Both the position numbers and the translations under genes were made by a program. Source: Pocillopora damicornis (taxonomy: Eukaryota). Taken from it: a DNA stretch of 64,000 nt. The stretch is from assembly GCF_003704095.1 (NCBI RefSeq), contig NW_020844790.1, positions 62,001-126,000 on the forward strand. Direction: 5' to 3'. Positions 26,273-39,820 of this stretch are shown here, one piece after another (the stretch's first letter is position 1; each line of letters begins with the position of its first letter). The notes beneath the pieces are model-generated. The model ran no database searches, had not been told where the DNA came from, and saw only the letters and a program-made list of their open reading frames with translations.

Positions 26273-29200
26273 ATGAGAATGTTTTCAGCTAATCAAAAGC
26301 GCGTAATTTTTTCATGTACATAATTACCAAAGTAACCTTTAAGTAAAAGTAGATAAAGTATATGAAATAAACAATCAGATTTAAAAGTTATTTTCATGAC
26401 AATACAGAAAAGAATTTTATAATTTAAGATATTTCATAATTCAAAATCGGACATCTTCATCTTTGAACAAAATACCCGTTTATTTGAGATTATTGGAAAG
26501 AATGGAAACTCATCATTTCTCTATGACTCCAAAGTAGATAACAAATGTTACAAATGTTATAATATCTTTCGCCCAAATTTATTCGTTTTATTTTGCTCAT
26601 AAGGGACCCAATTTTAAAGGCCATTCAAACGGTTTTTGTTTGGTTTCTTCGCCTTTGAGTTACATCTCCATCATAAGCGGAGCTCGCAGTGCGATCGTAG
26701 CAACATACTTATAAGAAATAGTAATTGAAGTTCACATACTCGAGTGCCGAACTCAAGTGCAGCGTATCGCGGGCACACGGTCAGGCATTTCACCAGGGCT
26801 TCACGAGGGCTTCACGAGGGCTTCACGAGGGCTAGAAGATGTGAAGGCGCGCAAGCAGATAATTTGCAACCCGCGTTTTGAGCGGGAAATCAAACTGGTG
26901 AGGTCATAGTTGAACAGCTATTCTAAGTATTTTGCAATTTCTAATCAACTCGAAAAACAAACAACTCCGGCAGAGCTAAAGCTTTGTCAACTGGAGGAAA
27001 TTATTATAATTCAAGTCCGTGGAGAAAGGGTTTTGAGTGAAAGCAGGCTGGAACGAGAGAGAGAAGCGACCAAAAAGAGCAAAAAGAGAAATGCGAAGAG
27101 CGAGTCGAGAAATTGAAACACGAGAGAGAGTTAGAAAGGACGCTAAAATAAGGCACAACACGGTGTGAGGAACTCGAAAGAGGAAAAGAAAAAGGCTTAA
27201 GTAAAAAAGAGAATATCTAGCTAGCGAAGAGCAACTTGAGAAGGAAATACAAAGAGCTCTAGAAAACAGACTGAAAAGAGGTCATTACTGAAAGAAAAAG
27301 CGAACTTCAAAGGATCCAAGAAAGAAGAAGTGGTAAGTTGAGTCTTATTTGGGTTTTCTTTTACGCTAAGGCTTAGGAAAATTGAAACATTTTTTCACTA
27401 ATCATTTTTTGATACCAGCTCCAGTGTATAATTCATTGCTGTTTAGATGAAGACAAGAAATTTAAATATAGTTTCGGTAAAATTTTGGCATTCGTCGCTT
27501 TAACACCCTCGTGCCGGTTGATCACCCGAATTATATTTCAAACTGTTCGCATTCTTAAAATTATTTCTTGCCTATCGTTTGCAGGGTTTAACACAGACGT
27601 TGTGTTAAAGTTATCTTTCGAATTATTTTTTGGCTACAAAGTTTCCAAATCATAGCAAACGGCGTAAGCAAGTTGGTATCATTCTCTATTTAATTAAGTA
27701 TCGCATGGCTTACTTTATTCATTAAAAAAATTCGGGCTTTGTCGAAGATGTGTGGTTTAACCCTTAGAATGAAATAATGGCTTTCCAAAAATCAAAATAG
27801 AATGAGATTAAGTCAGTGATATTCATGAATACATCAAGTCTGACGGGCTAATTAGATTTTGGCAATATTGTCATGTGTCGATCATTTGAAAACCCGTGAC
27901 GGACCGCGAATACGTGATGCAAACAAAAGCCCGGGTCGCACTTTCAATCAAGAGTAAAGCGTACTTAATGTGCTGGTTATGATGAACATGTGTGCGATCG
28001 ATACGATACTTTTTTTCTAATGCTGGAAACTAAGGAATCAATCTCTGAAATTGTCATCACGTTTTGCAAGAAGTGTCCGAGCTTTGATCGTGTGTTGAAA
28101 CGGGGTCCTGGCATTGAGCTCTCTTGCAGGCTGGTACGTACATGGTTAGCGTATTTAATTGTTGCTTACAGTTTTTTAGTTCAAGAGCTGTTTTTGAGAA
28201 TTCACGAGTCCGTTTCTGTAACCTTCCTGGATATTTTTTGTTGAATTCACTGAGTTACAACCTCGGAACTTCATAAGCGATTAGGAACAATGTATTCGAA
28301 TCGACACCACCATCTAAAAATATTTCTGGCAGCTTTCTGAAGACATTTTCGACGAGTTTACAGTTCATGAACCATTTCTGTGACTTGCTTTGATATTTTC
28401 TTTTGAATTATTTGAGTAACACCCTAGGAATTTCATTAGTGAGGAAGAACGATAAATCCGTCAATTTTATCACAAGTAAAGCATATTTTCAAATTATTAA
28501 ATGTTTCATGGATAATTTGGCATACTTCGTTGATCATTTGATTAATTTGTAGCCTAAAAAGCCCCATAGAACTCAGAAGGTACTAAACTTGCCATATTTG
28601 AGAAACAAGGCACAATTTTACGACCGTATATTGCACCCGGTTTACATATGTAGACAACTACACGATTATCTAATTCCCATTATCACCAGGATAGCTGTAA
28701 TCAGAAGCATAGACATGTTCGTGTAAGTTATATGCCACTGTTTTATTTGATTGTAATGTGTTTCTTTCTATGTAGCATATATCCATTCCTTTAATTCCCC
28801 CCTAACCTGCCTGCAACTAATTTAAACGTGTTTAATTAAAATATGAGAGTAGTTGCAGAGTTTTCTGTCCAGATTGAATTTAGGTGAGCACTGCTGTGTG
28901 CCAGCCAATGATTAAAATCTCAATATAAAGATATGCCATATTTGAACAGTTTTTTAGAATTCCATCTTAAAGTTTTTGGTATCTACTCTAGGAAAATTCA
29001 TAAATGGCATTGCTTTTTCATTTAAAACCTGAATTATGTTCTACAGTCAAGTTAATGTCAGTGAGTTTGAAGCTTCATTCTACACAAGAACACTTTCTTT
29101 CTATGCTTTCTTTCTCATACATATGACTTGTCTTAAAAAGGGGAATTTATTTATATTTTATTGATTAAAATATACTTACTGTATGTTTCAAATATGCGAG

Positions 29201-32200
29201 TAACATTTGATGTTCCCACATGGAACACGATGGTCCAGCTGAAGATAGCCCAAAAAAGGAATTAACTTGACTGTAACAATTGGGTGACTAGTTTGTAAAC
29301 TTGAGCAATTATACACCATGGCTTGTGATTCTGATGGCAACAGTTTTCTGAGATAATTAAATTGTCAGTCCCCATGCAGGGATGTACCTTCCATGTGACC
29401 TGTGCAGTCATACACTGTGAGATAACCACAAAAATGCATTTATGCATGGCAGAACTACTGTAAGTACAGACTGTCACCTAAGAACAAACATGAATGATTT
29501 CCTGTAAACATGAATGCTTGGGAGAAGTTGGGGTTGTTACTTGTAATTGATAATATTTATGCTGGGATGCATGGGGTTTGATGATTGTAATGTTTATCTT
29601 TTAGCTTTTAAACTTTCAACTTTGCTTTAATTATAGCTGTTTACCATATCTAGTTCTATGTATTCTAACTCCTCAAAAATTAAAGTAGACAAGTTTGGTG
29701 ATTTTTCCTATTATCAGTACAAACTTGGTTTAATGAGTACATGAAGGTTGTTGCTCCAGGTAGGCTAACATTTTTAAATTAGTTGTAAAAAAGTCTTGAT
29801 CCTGTTGTCACATGAAATTTTGGCTTGGTTTTACCAGACAAACTGAATAAATAGAAACATGAAATTTATTGGCACTCTTTTTGAGCTGTGCATCAATATT
29901 TTGAAAGTCATGGCAGGCTTGAACTTAAGTTTATAGGAAATCCGCATGCTTATGTGTGTTTTCAACATTTAATATGTGCTGTACAACTATAGGCAGGTGT
30001 TGTGGCAAACTTTTCTTAGCTTTTTCATCAGGACACATTTCTTTTGCCAGGAGTCTCATTTATGTGGCCAACACTGAATTCTAAATTTTCAACCAAATTT
30101 ATATCCTTTTGAATATTTTTAGATCTCCTAATATCATTTGCTATTAGTTATAAAAGTATGGTCAAATAAAAGTTTTGTCCTATACATCAAATCTGTGTAA
30201 TTAGCTATTATATCTTTTCTAAAGCTACATGTAGTTTATCAAAATAAGAATGAATAGCCGAGCAAAAGTATGGCTTTTCACAATGATAGTTTCCTGGCTG
30301 TACAAAAAAGTCACTTTCACTATGTATATTTTCCCAAATCTGATGGCCTGCTAAAATCCTTAGGTCATTTAAGTGACAGTCCAACCTCATCAAAACATTG
30401 GAAACAGGAGCAATTGGCAAATTATGACACAAACAACTGAGCCTATTCCCACATATACCCTCCTCAATCCTGATAGGTTGTTTTGGACATAGCATTTCAG
30501 ACACGATGTATTTGCCACAAATTTTCCATTTTCCTGACTAATAATTTTGTAACCGTGTTTACAAGTTGCAGAAAATGGTAAGGTCGAAGTATATTACAAA
30601 GATTTGCCCGTAGATGGTCAAATGTAAACTTTTTATAGATAAATAAAATTTATTGTTGTATTTCCTGTGAACATGTTGGCACTTCTCCTGACCTTCTAGT
30701 AAATTCATTTATTTGAAAACATATCAGAGCATACCATCTAAAACTTATCAACCTCTTTAACACGGCCAATAACAACATTAACTCGACTTTAAAACTAAAG
30801 AGAAAACTTAATTGATGTTAGGGATTGATTTCTATAATGTACAAATGAAATCCAGGTATTGTGTTTGCCGGGTTTCTACAAATATCTTCATGGGTCGAAT
30901 CCGAAGTCTCCCTTCATCGTCAAGTTTTAATCATGATATTCTAGTTCTCGCTTGTTTTCCTTTAAATTAAACTTTCGCAGCGCCAGAAACATGTTAGGCA
31001 AAGTTTGCAAATTTCGTATATCAGTTGCTTGAGTTGCAAAGGTCATGGACAGTCGGGTTAAAGACACTGGTAATTACATACAGTTACGGCAGAGGTTAAT
31101 AAATTAAATAACAGAAAAAATCTCAAAAAGACGCCGTGTGTTTCCAGCCATAGGCTAATCATGAACCGCTAATAGTCAAAAGAGGAGTTAAAAAATAACA
31201 GGTTTAAACGAGTTGAAAGTAACTTTCCTTTTTAATTTTCTACGCTTATCAGAGGAGGTTGGAACGTTAAGGAAACAGCGGTGGAGCAAGTAGTCATACC
31301 TGGCAACTTCAAGAGAAGATGTGAGAGAAGCCCAAAGGATTCTGGCGTATTGTTTTACTGACTCACTGTTCTCACGTCAACCTCAATATGATTTAATTTC
31401 AACTGAAACTGACATCATCACTACATCTGACAAAGGAAACGTCCGTTTCAAAACATCAGGAACACCAACGAAGGTAATTAGTTGCTTGATAATACCGCAG
31501 ACTAACATGGGTGTTTGTCAGCTTTGCATTGAAGTTGCGACAACATCGTCCCTTAGTTCTAGACCCCGTNNNNNNNNNNCCCACCTCCTGGACCGGTTCC
31601 AAAATCCCCTTAAACAAATTCTTCGAGTGCCAGTAATGAGGAGTTTTGTTAGGGTGAAGGGCTGGAAAATGAACTAAATGGAGCTCCGCTTTAAGGCTTT
31701 GCAAAATCTATGTATTATCAGTAATCGTAATTTCATTTCATTTCTATAAGGTAACATGAAATAAACGAAAAGATAAGTAAATGAAAAAGGCTTTGAATAA
31801 ATACAAAAACTTCAGCTTGTTCATGGGTCGAGTGCAAGTTAATCAATTCCAATTGTGCAGAAAGCTGGAGTTTTACGTGAATTAACATTTGTAACGAAAT
31901 GATTTTTCATGCAACTTGGAATGAATAAGCATTTGCCAATGTTTCAACATCATTTTTCCTTTTCTTATTATTTTCCCATTTTGTTTGAGAGTTGGCCAAT
32001 TTCAAATAACTAAGCATAAGAATGACAAATAATGAACCTAAATGATTTTGAATGATAACGCTTGGGATTTTGAAACACAAGTCACTGTGACCCATAGTCT
32101 TTTTTAGTGCTACCCTCACCTGGACAATTGGAAGTCATGATCGAATATCTCATTTTCTTTTCGTTTCTTTTCTATATCTCTCTATCTTATCTTCATGCCA

Positions 32201-33867
32201 AAACCCGTTAATTATTGACTATAAATGATAACAAAAATACCTAGAAAAAACGTTTTGCATATATATTATTAGTCAGTGCCACACAAGTGGAAAGTGCTTT
32301 TCGCGCACTCTGATTGGAAAGTTTGGAAATGAATAGCAAGTTCTATTCACCTCCAGCTCGGTGGATTATTGTTAATTATTTTTTTTTATATCATAGTCTG
32401 CACGGGTCCCTTATTCATGCAAGCAAATCGGCGTGAGCAGGATTCATGTCTCAATTGCAAAAGTGTCTTATGTTTCGAAGATTCATATATGTTATGTAAA
32501 CAGCAAAAAAAATTTTTTGCACAGCTTATCAATATTAATACAAAAGAAAATTTGATCAATCAACCTGTCGCCTAATTGAAAGGGGAGGAAATTTTGAGGC
32601 AGGTCATCGTTTCTTGTAGCAAAACCTTTGACAAAACATCGTCCGGTTTTTTTTACGATAGACGCGAGATTTGGTCAGGCTTCAAGCTTGATTTTTTTTT
32701 CTGCAGTGTGTAATTTCTAACGTCGTTGGTGAGTGCTAAATAGAGAAAAATTTCCTTCGATAAGCAAACGACGCAATGACTTATCCACATAAGGGAAAGG
32801 CTGGGCTCCTATCCAGCATGCCTAATTTTCATTTGAGCTCGTATTTTAGATTCACAATCTACTTTACGCCTAAACTGACCAGATTTATCGTTTGAGTGGG
32901 TCAGTTTAAGAACTACATGTATTAATCATAATAGCCTCGACCCCCAATGACATTTCTTTCGTAAATATCCACTCATTATTTTACAGCTCGTAATGTATCT
33001 TTTAAGCACTGGAAAACAACTCAGTTAACAGTAAAAATTAGCTGCCCAATTATTTCAAGAATCAAACTCGCCGTAATTTTCTTCTTACAGTTGTGTTCAA
33101 TGGTAATTTCCCACGACTAGTGATTGTTTCGACTGGAAACGGATATGATTACTAGGGATAAAAAATTTGACTTTAGTGGAACGGGTACATTCCACGATAA
33201 AATATTTATGGCCTGTATTTCGTTGAACAATGAGACAATACCCCACTCTGCGTTTGGTGAATAATTACTTTTTGCTACTTGAAAAAATACGTCCATCCTC
33301 ATATTTTCAATTATCTTTTTCTCAACTGACCAATTTGTTAACGTCAATAACAAGCGTTTTTAATTCAAACAATCCGCCAAATAATGAGTTTTAACAGCTT
33401 TAAGGCATACTTAGAATTTTCCATGGATTAAGCTTTGGGCGACGATCGTTCATTGATGTTCTTTGCTCTGAGTGCTTTATGATCTTGACCCATCTTGGTT
33501 TTTTTTTTTAGGTTTGTTACATTAACAGGGATCTACATTCATTTAAGTGTCAAAAAATGATCGTCAATGACATTTGCCTCCACTATGCAATTATTTAAGA
33601 TTTCCATTATCATCGATTATCGATAGAAATTGTTCAGGTGTTAATGTCTCTTGCAAAATTTGGTATCAGAAAAGAACAAACGGAATTTACAATTTTATGC
33701 ATGCACAACGGCAGCTTTAAAAGTACTTTTAAAGTGGAGGAACTTGATATACGATGTTTTAGGCTCAGAGACTAAAATTCAAAAGACTTTTATTCATTTG
33801 AAGCGATTTTCGTCAAATCAAATTATGTGCATAAATTGATACTGTATCTCGCACAGGTAACTGAAAG

Positions 33868-36800
33868 ATGCTTGGATACCAGACGCATGATGATGCCACC
33901 TTTTTCGCGGTTATTTGTTCGTTTGCAACGTTATGGTGGACAGTAGGTTTTACTGGTAAGAAAAAGTTGCTAACTTTTGTTCAATCAGCCAATCTTTAAA
34001 GAGAGAATTTAGTCTGGGAAAAATAGCTTGAAGTACATAACCCAACGAATCAAGCGAAAATAAAAAGGCATTAGGTGAATAAGAGGAAAGAACAAGAGAA
34101 TGTTACCTCTAAGCTGTATTTTAGAATATTTTAAAATACTCGTTACAAACGGGTGAATTTCGAGGGCTGAAATTGTAAAACGCAGTTGAGCAACGTCCGT
34201 GATAAGCATTTTATTTCAAGGGAAACTTAGATCTTAATATTTGGAATTCTTCACTACCGGTAGTCTCCTTTAAATGGTATTTTACTTATGAATCACGGAG
34301 GTGATGATAGAAAGACAATTCTTTATTTAACATTTGCAGAATAAGCACGAGGCATCGAAGAGTTAAGTCGCAATTTCGCCAAAAATAAATATCTGTTTTG
34401 AAAGCTTTGTTCCTTCTGGCGAAAAGCTGTTACTCATTTTTGTCTTAATTGTGCAATGCAGGTGATGATCTTGTACTTGCTTACAATGGAACCAATATAA
34501 GTACCGCAGCGATTCTAAGAAGATTGAATGTTACTGGTGATTTTCGGTTTAGCGCACTTTGTCCAAACGATGAGCTGTCATGCAGGACTCGATGTACTTA
34601 TGGAGTGTTAGATGGAATTGCAGAGCGCAAGAATAATTTATCGTGTTATTGCGATAGTCTTTGCCTGGATGTTGGAGACTGTTGCTATGATTTATTATCT
34701 TTGTAAGTAAACTTGCTACTCATCATAAAGACGGCAAGCCAAACAGGTTTATAATCTCGGAAATGAAATCAAACTGTTTTTTTTTCTCTTAGCAAGGCAG
34801 AGCTAAGTTGAGTTAGTGCAAAAGTAACGCCGAGAAAACCAAAAAATCAACGTAGACCAAAACGTCAAATGGAAGAAAAGAGCAAATGAGAAATAAGAGA
34901 GAAATCTCAAATCTACCGCTGAATAAGGGAGCTGTGGATCCTTTTTACTGCCGTAGACACATTTATGGGACAATTTATTGAAACGGGTGATAGCTGAAAG
35001 CACCGTAAATTTAAATTTAAAAATCGCGTACTTGCAATGATGTGACTGATCTCGGCACACGAGCCTACAAAAGAAAAGGTAATTCATAATTTCATCTCAT
35101 TTAGTAATATTTCACTGTAAAAGTGCAAGGATGCAAAGCCAATTGGGTTTATGGCTTGCAATAATCACTTTTGTTTTTAAAGTAGACTCCTGGAAAAACC
35201 ATTTTGTGGACACAACATCGATTGATTTTTTTTATTCCCCAGCTGTCCACAAGTGCTAGCCCGTCGAGGCGATGAACATAAGCACTGGCACTGTGTCAAT
35301 ATGAATAGTTCGAGTAACCATGGATACGTAATGAATACAAAATGTCCACCTGGTAATAGTGAATCTGAAATCCAAAGATTGTGTGAGACAGTAGACAACA
35401 AAGACTTTCTGAGTGGTATGCCTGTCGTAGACGACAAATCAGGTTTGGTTTATAGAAACGTGTTTTGCGCCAGATGCAATTCGGTCCAAGGTGTATCCTA
35501 CTGGCAAATGAATGCAGACTGTGGAAGGATTCCCGCATCGGCTCTTCCCCAAGATAACACGCTACTATTGGATTTTATCAGAGAAAACTGTACCGTTAGG
35601 TACAGACCTACAGCGGGACAGCAAATAAACCTTAAACACTGCGTTTTCGCCAACAGCACATGCTGTGCAAGGCAAGTTATTGACAACGAACTAGTTTTAA
35701 AAAGCTTGTGTTCATACTACTCTTTCCCAGTTTGTGGTAGCCCACATCATAAAAATCCTCATTGCGCACTATGTAATGGAGAAGACATAACGCAGTTCAA
35801 TTGTGGATGCCTGAGCACCGCAACAAGTAAGCCTCCAATACATACCACAAAAGGGGGATCAGCAATTCCACATTATAATACAATACAATACAATTCTTCT
35901 GTAGCGGCAGACCCACCTTATCATTTGCCGATATTTCCTACACTGCCGCAGTCCAGGCCCCCAGGAACAATACCTCTAACAACTCATTTTACGAACCGTG
36001 GATTCACGACGGAGCTCACAATGACTGGGAAGCCTTCAACAAAGTCACCAGAGTTTACACCTCAGCCACCGCCTCCTCCATTGAGTATCCTGTTTGATTT
36101 TTCTTCTGATTCGAACCAAATGAGTATACATGGAACAAAGACCGAGACCAAGCTTGTGAATCTTAAAACTTGTCAGGAGGGATTCGTTTACGATCCTTTT
36201 GTTGACAAATGTCGCGAGGCATTTCAAGGCGTTATTGGGAATGAGAAACACTCTAGTAACTTGATAAAGCTGAACTACTCCGGAATCCGGCTTAATCTTT
36301 CAGATACTGTTTTGTATTCAAACGGAACTCTGTGGGTGCCCTTGTACTCAACAAATTACAACCGCACGGAGTATTTCGCGAACGGCTCCATCATATTCTT
36401 ATGTACCGACTTTAAAAGTAATTATTCAAAAAATGAAATAATTACAAAGTGGTCTTATGCTGTTGATGTAACTACATTGCATATTCTCACCTACGCCGGA
36501 TGTTCTCTTTCAGTTTTTTCGCTCCTCATTTTGCTGGTAATCTACTGTACATTCAAGGAATTAAGGACTCTCCCTGGCAAAAACCTGGTCAACCTGTCTC
36601 TTTCCATGATATGTTATCACATGTTCCTGTTTGTGGCGGGGTTAAAAACTATCCAAGAGGTCTGTACAGGAATCGCAGTCTTTCTTCATTATTTTTTGAT
36701 GTGCTCATTTGCGTGGATGAGTGTCATGGCGTTTGACGTGACTAAAACATTCGTTTTTCATGGTAAGACACTTTCATCATTCATTCAGTTTTTCGGAAAT

Positions 36801-39134
36801 AAGTAACACCCAACGATGCTGTCATTTCGCCCATAGACTTCTTCACCGAGAAGTCATTTCGCCACAACGGTTGTTTGTGTTTTCAGACTCTAGACCTGCA
36901 AAATTTACTGAATTCCTAAACTTTTTGTCTTTTCTTTGTAGATACTGACCTCCGTTCAGAACAAGAAAAGAAACAGAGAAAGACTTTCCAAAAATATAGC
37001 TTGTGCGCCTGGGGTTTCCCAGCTACTGCTGTTGGAATTTGTTTTCTATTGGACCACACTGAAACCATTTACATTGGTTATGGCAAGTGTTTAGATTAAG
37101 GTTTTTTCGTGAGGGAAGGGGAGTGCAGACTCACAAAAATCGTCGGAGATATGTACACAACATTTTATTTGAACATAGTACAGTTACTCAGAAGGTAAAA
37201 CTCCGTTTCGCTGAGACTGACCAAGATATGTCAATGAGGAAAAGCTCCGTAATCAGAAGCTAAGAATGTTCACAATGATATTATGGATCATGCTAAGTTT
37301 TAGAAAGACTCTTTTAATGAATGGAATAACATACAAAGGGGCTGTAAATTTCAAATAAATACATTCACTCAAGTGCCGAGCCCGAAAAAGCACCTCCCTC
37401 GAATAAGCGGCGCTTTTTCGACAGAAAAGTTAATGAGCCCCGCGGCCCCCTGGTGCGGTGCCTTTTCGAAGGACTCTTTCACAAGCTCCAACGCTTTTTA
37501 TGCAGTTTAACATCCTAAGAGAACCAGGTGCAAATCCTTTCAGATGCACAGATTCAGACGTAGAACAAGCCTAACCTCTTTACCTAACCTTCGTCGTCGT
37601 GTCTAATTTTTGAATGAACGCTGCCCCTAAATAAGCAATACACTTGAGGCGCGAAAATGTGATTGTTGGAATAAATACGGTGCACAAAAATAAATTGATG
37701 GTAAAAGTTAAAAGAAAGTTCATTTCATTTTGCGAGATATTTTTATATTGTTGAGGGCATAACTTCCGGACTCTCAATCATACATAATTTCATCTCAAGG
37801 CACTGTTTGAATTGCACGAATGTAAGGAAAGGTAATGTGTGAGCGCAAATTCAAATATCTTTTCGTGTCTTTTTCAGGACGAGGAGGATTCTGTTGGATG
37901 GAAAACGGCACTGCCCTCTTATTTGCTGTGGGTGTACCTATTGCATTTTTTATCTTCTCTAATTTCGTAGCACTGACTTGGACAGCGTTTGCTATCTACA
38001 AAGTGCGAAAGGTGAACTGTTTTATTAAACAAATCGATTCAGTTCATTTTTGGTAATAGTTTATGACGCTGGGATGACCTCCGAGAAATACTGTTCGGTC
38101 TGTCTCGCTTTGCCTATACTGTTAAGGTAAAAGTCAATTGAAATATATATCTCCACGACAATAACTGAATATTTTGATATGTTAGGTTACAAGCCAACTG
38201 ACAAATCAGAGGGGTCATTCGAATCTTGCTCTTCTGTGTATCAAACTGACCTGTGTCTTTGGTCTAACTTGGATCCTCGGTTTTCTGAACTCCATCGTCA
38301 AAGCAGAGGCAACCATATATCTTTTTGTTATCGTTAACAGCTTGCAAGGTAGGTTGACACGCAGCAGTGAATTAGACTTTCCTTCCGGCAAATGATCGCA
38401 CAAGCCTTTTGGTCTGTCACACTCTCTTGAATGATGGCATCCGTGAGAAAATCAGCTTGCATTCTTGATATACGAATAAACAATTACAAAACACATGGAA
38501 ATTATAATACTTACATGTACATGCAAGTATTGCCTTCTTTTTCGGGCTGTGATAAGCCAAGTTGACATTATCAGTTTTCAGTTTTGAGTTTTTTTTTTGG
38601 CAGAGACGTTTCTCTTTTACATGAAATTGAGTCAAAAGTCAAAAATCAAAAGTTTTTCGTCCCTAGAAAATTCCTTTTGTTCCAAAAGAAGAGCATTTTT
38701 CAAGAGACATTTCTGTTTCGGTGATAGATACTGGCCGAGGAAACTGTGAACGGTTTAATTGAAATAATTGCCTTGTCAAATTTTACGGACACCTTTTTTT
38801 CTAATTTGTAAAGGAAGGCCTCCAAGTGTTATTGCAGCTGCAGGAAACTGTCAGTGGAGAGAGCGGGGTTAATGCGAGTCTGGGGTTGGGATTACATCTC
38901 AGATGAATCGCATTTTCGGACCTCGTTACTCTCTTTGACCAAAAGTGGTAGGTTTAAACGATCGCAAATCAAATCAATCTCACCATAATGAGTTACTTTG
39001 CTTCTACACAGGGTTTTTTTATATTCCTGACGTTTGTTGCAAAGAAAAGGATCATAGCCCTGCTGAGAGGCCTAAGAAATAATCATCATGAAAGTGGACA
39101 AGAAAACAACGACACTTTAGACACAAAATTGTGA
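33868..39134 (+). CDS. Secretin/adhesion-class (Methuselah-like) 7TM receptor C with somatomedin-B domain (~802 aa after removing one apparent extra T). Exons 33868-33955, 34462-34702, 35243-36762, 36942-37082, 37878-38011, 38186-38348, 39012-39134
   Basis: Signal peptide exon; SMB motif SCRTRC..CYCDSLCLDVGDCCYDLLSFC; Cys-rich domain (PVVD..YRNVFCARCN, KNPHCALCNG); 7tm_2-type motifs (ELRTLPGKNL, LHYFLMCSFAWM, AWGFP, GYG..FCWM, GLTWILGF, NSLQGFFIF). The exon pattern matches the paralog at 42750-49530. Intron 4 has a GC donor and exon 7 has a +1 nt discrepancy (see findings). Confidence 0.88.
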
Positions 39135-39820
39135 CTGAGTTTTAGCCTGTCTTCAGCGGCATCTTCTGAGCACAAAACCAGGCTGAGGCTTTGCATTGTG
39201 ACTCAGCCATTGTCGGCTAGGGGGGAAAAAGGATCACTTTCTAGTGAATGCCTAATTTTTTCAACAATTCATTGTTAAGTTCGTTGAGCAGTCTGAAAAT
39301 TTGGAAGCCAGTTATTATGCCTTAGCTAACCATGATGAATTGGTTATTTCCCAAAAACCACCAAAAACACCAATGACATCGACGACAGTGCTACTCATGA
39401 AAAAAATTTCATTTTTGATCACTAAATTCTATTGACCCTAACGTGTAAAACGTTCAATTCCGGCGTTAAAATTTGGTTTTAGTTACATCTGGAGAACTCA
39501 CACAAGGAACAACAGATTCCTGCGAACATGTTATGTTTTTACTGGGCTCTTCACCAATTTGGATGAAAACAGTATGCTTCCATACATTCAAATTACAACT
39601 GCAGCCAGCAAGAAGCTTCTATGGTGTTTGGAGTGACAACCTTTGTCTGAAGGAAGGATTTAAAGATAATTATTTATAAAAATTACATAGCTTCATAGGT
39701 CTACTTTTGGAGGTTATACGCGATTTAGATCTATACTGTCAGAGGCTTCTTAGCAGAACCCAATCAAACACAAATAGCGTGACGAAAGATGAGTAAAGAC
39801 CAGAGTTTCACTTCTCCTTC

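Noticed and set aside
26794-26832. Short direct repeats as a possible CRISPR array
   Set aside because: Contiguous 11-bp units without spacers, in eukaryotic DNA with no cas genes.
31321-31704. ORFs spanning the 10-N gap
   Set aside because: The frame across the gap is arbitrary and no homology is recognisable.
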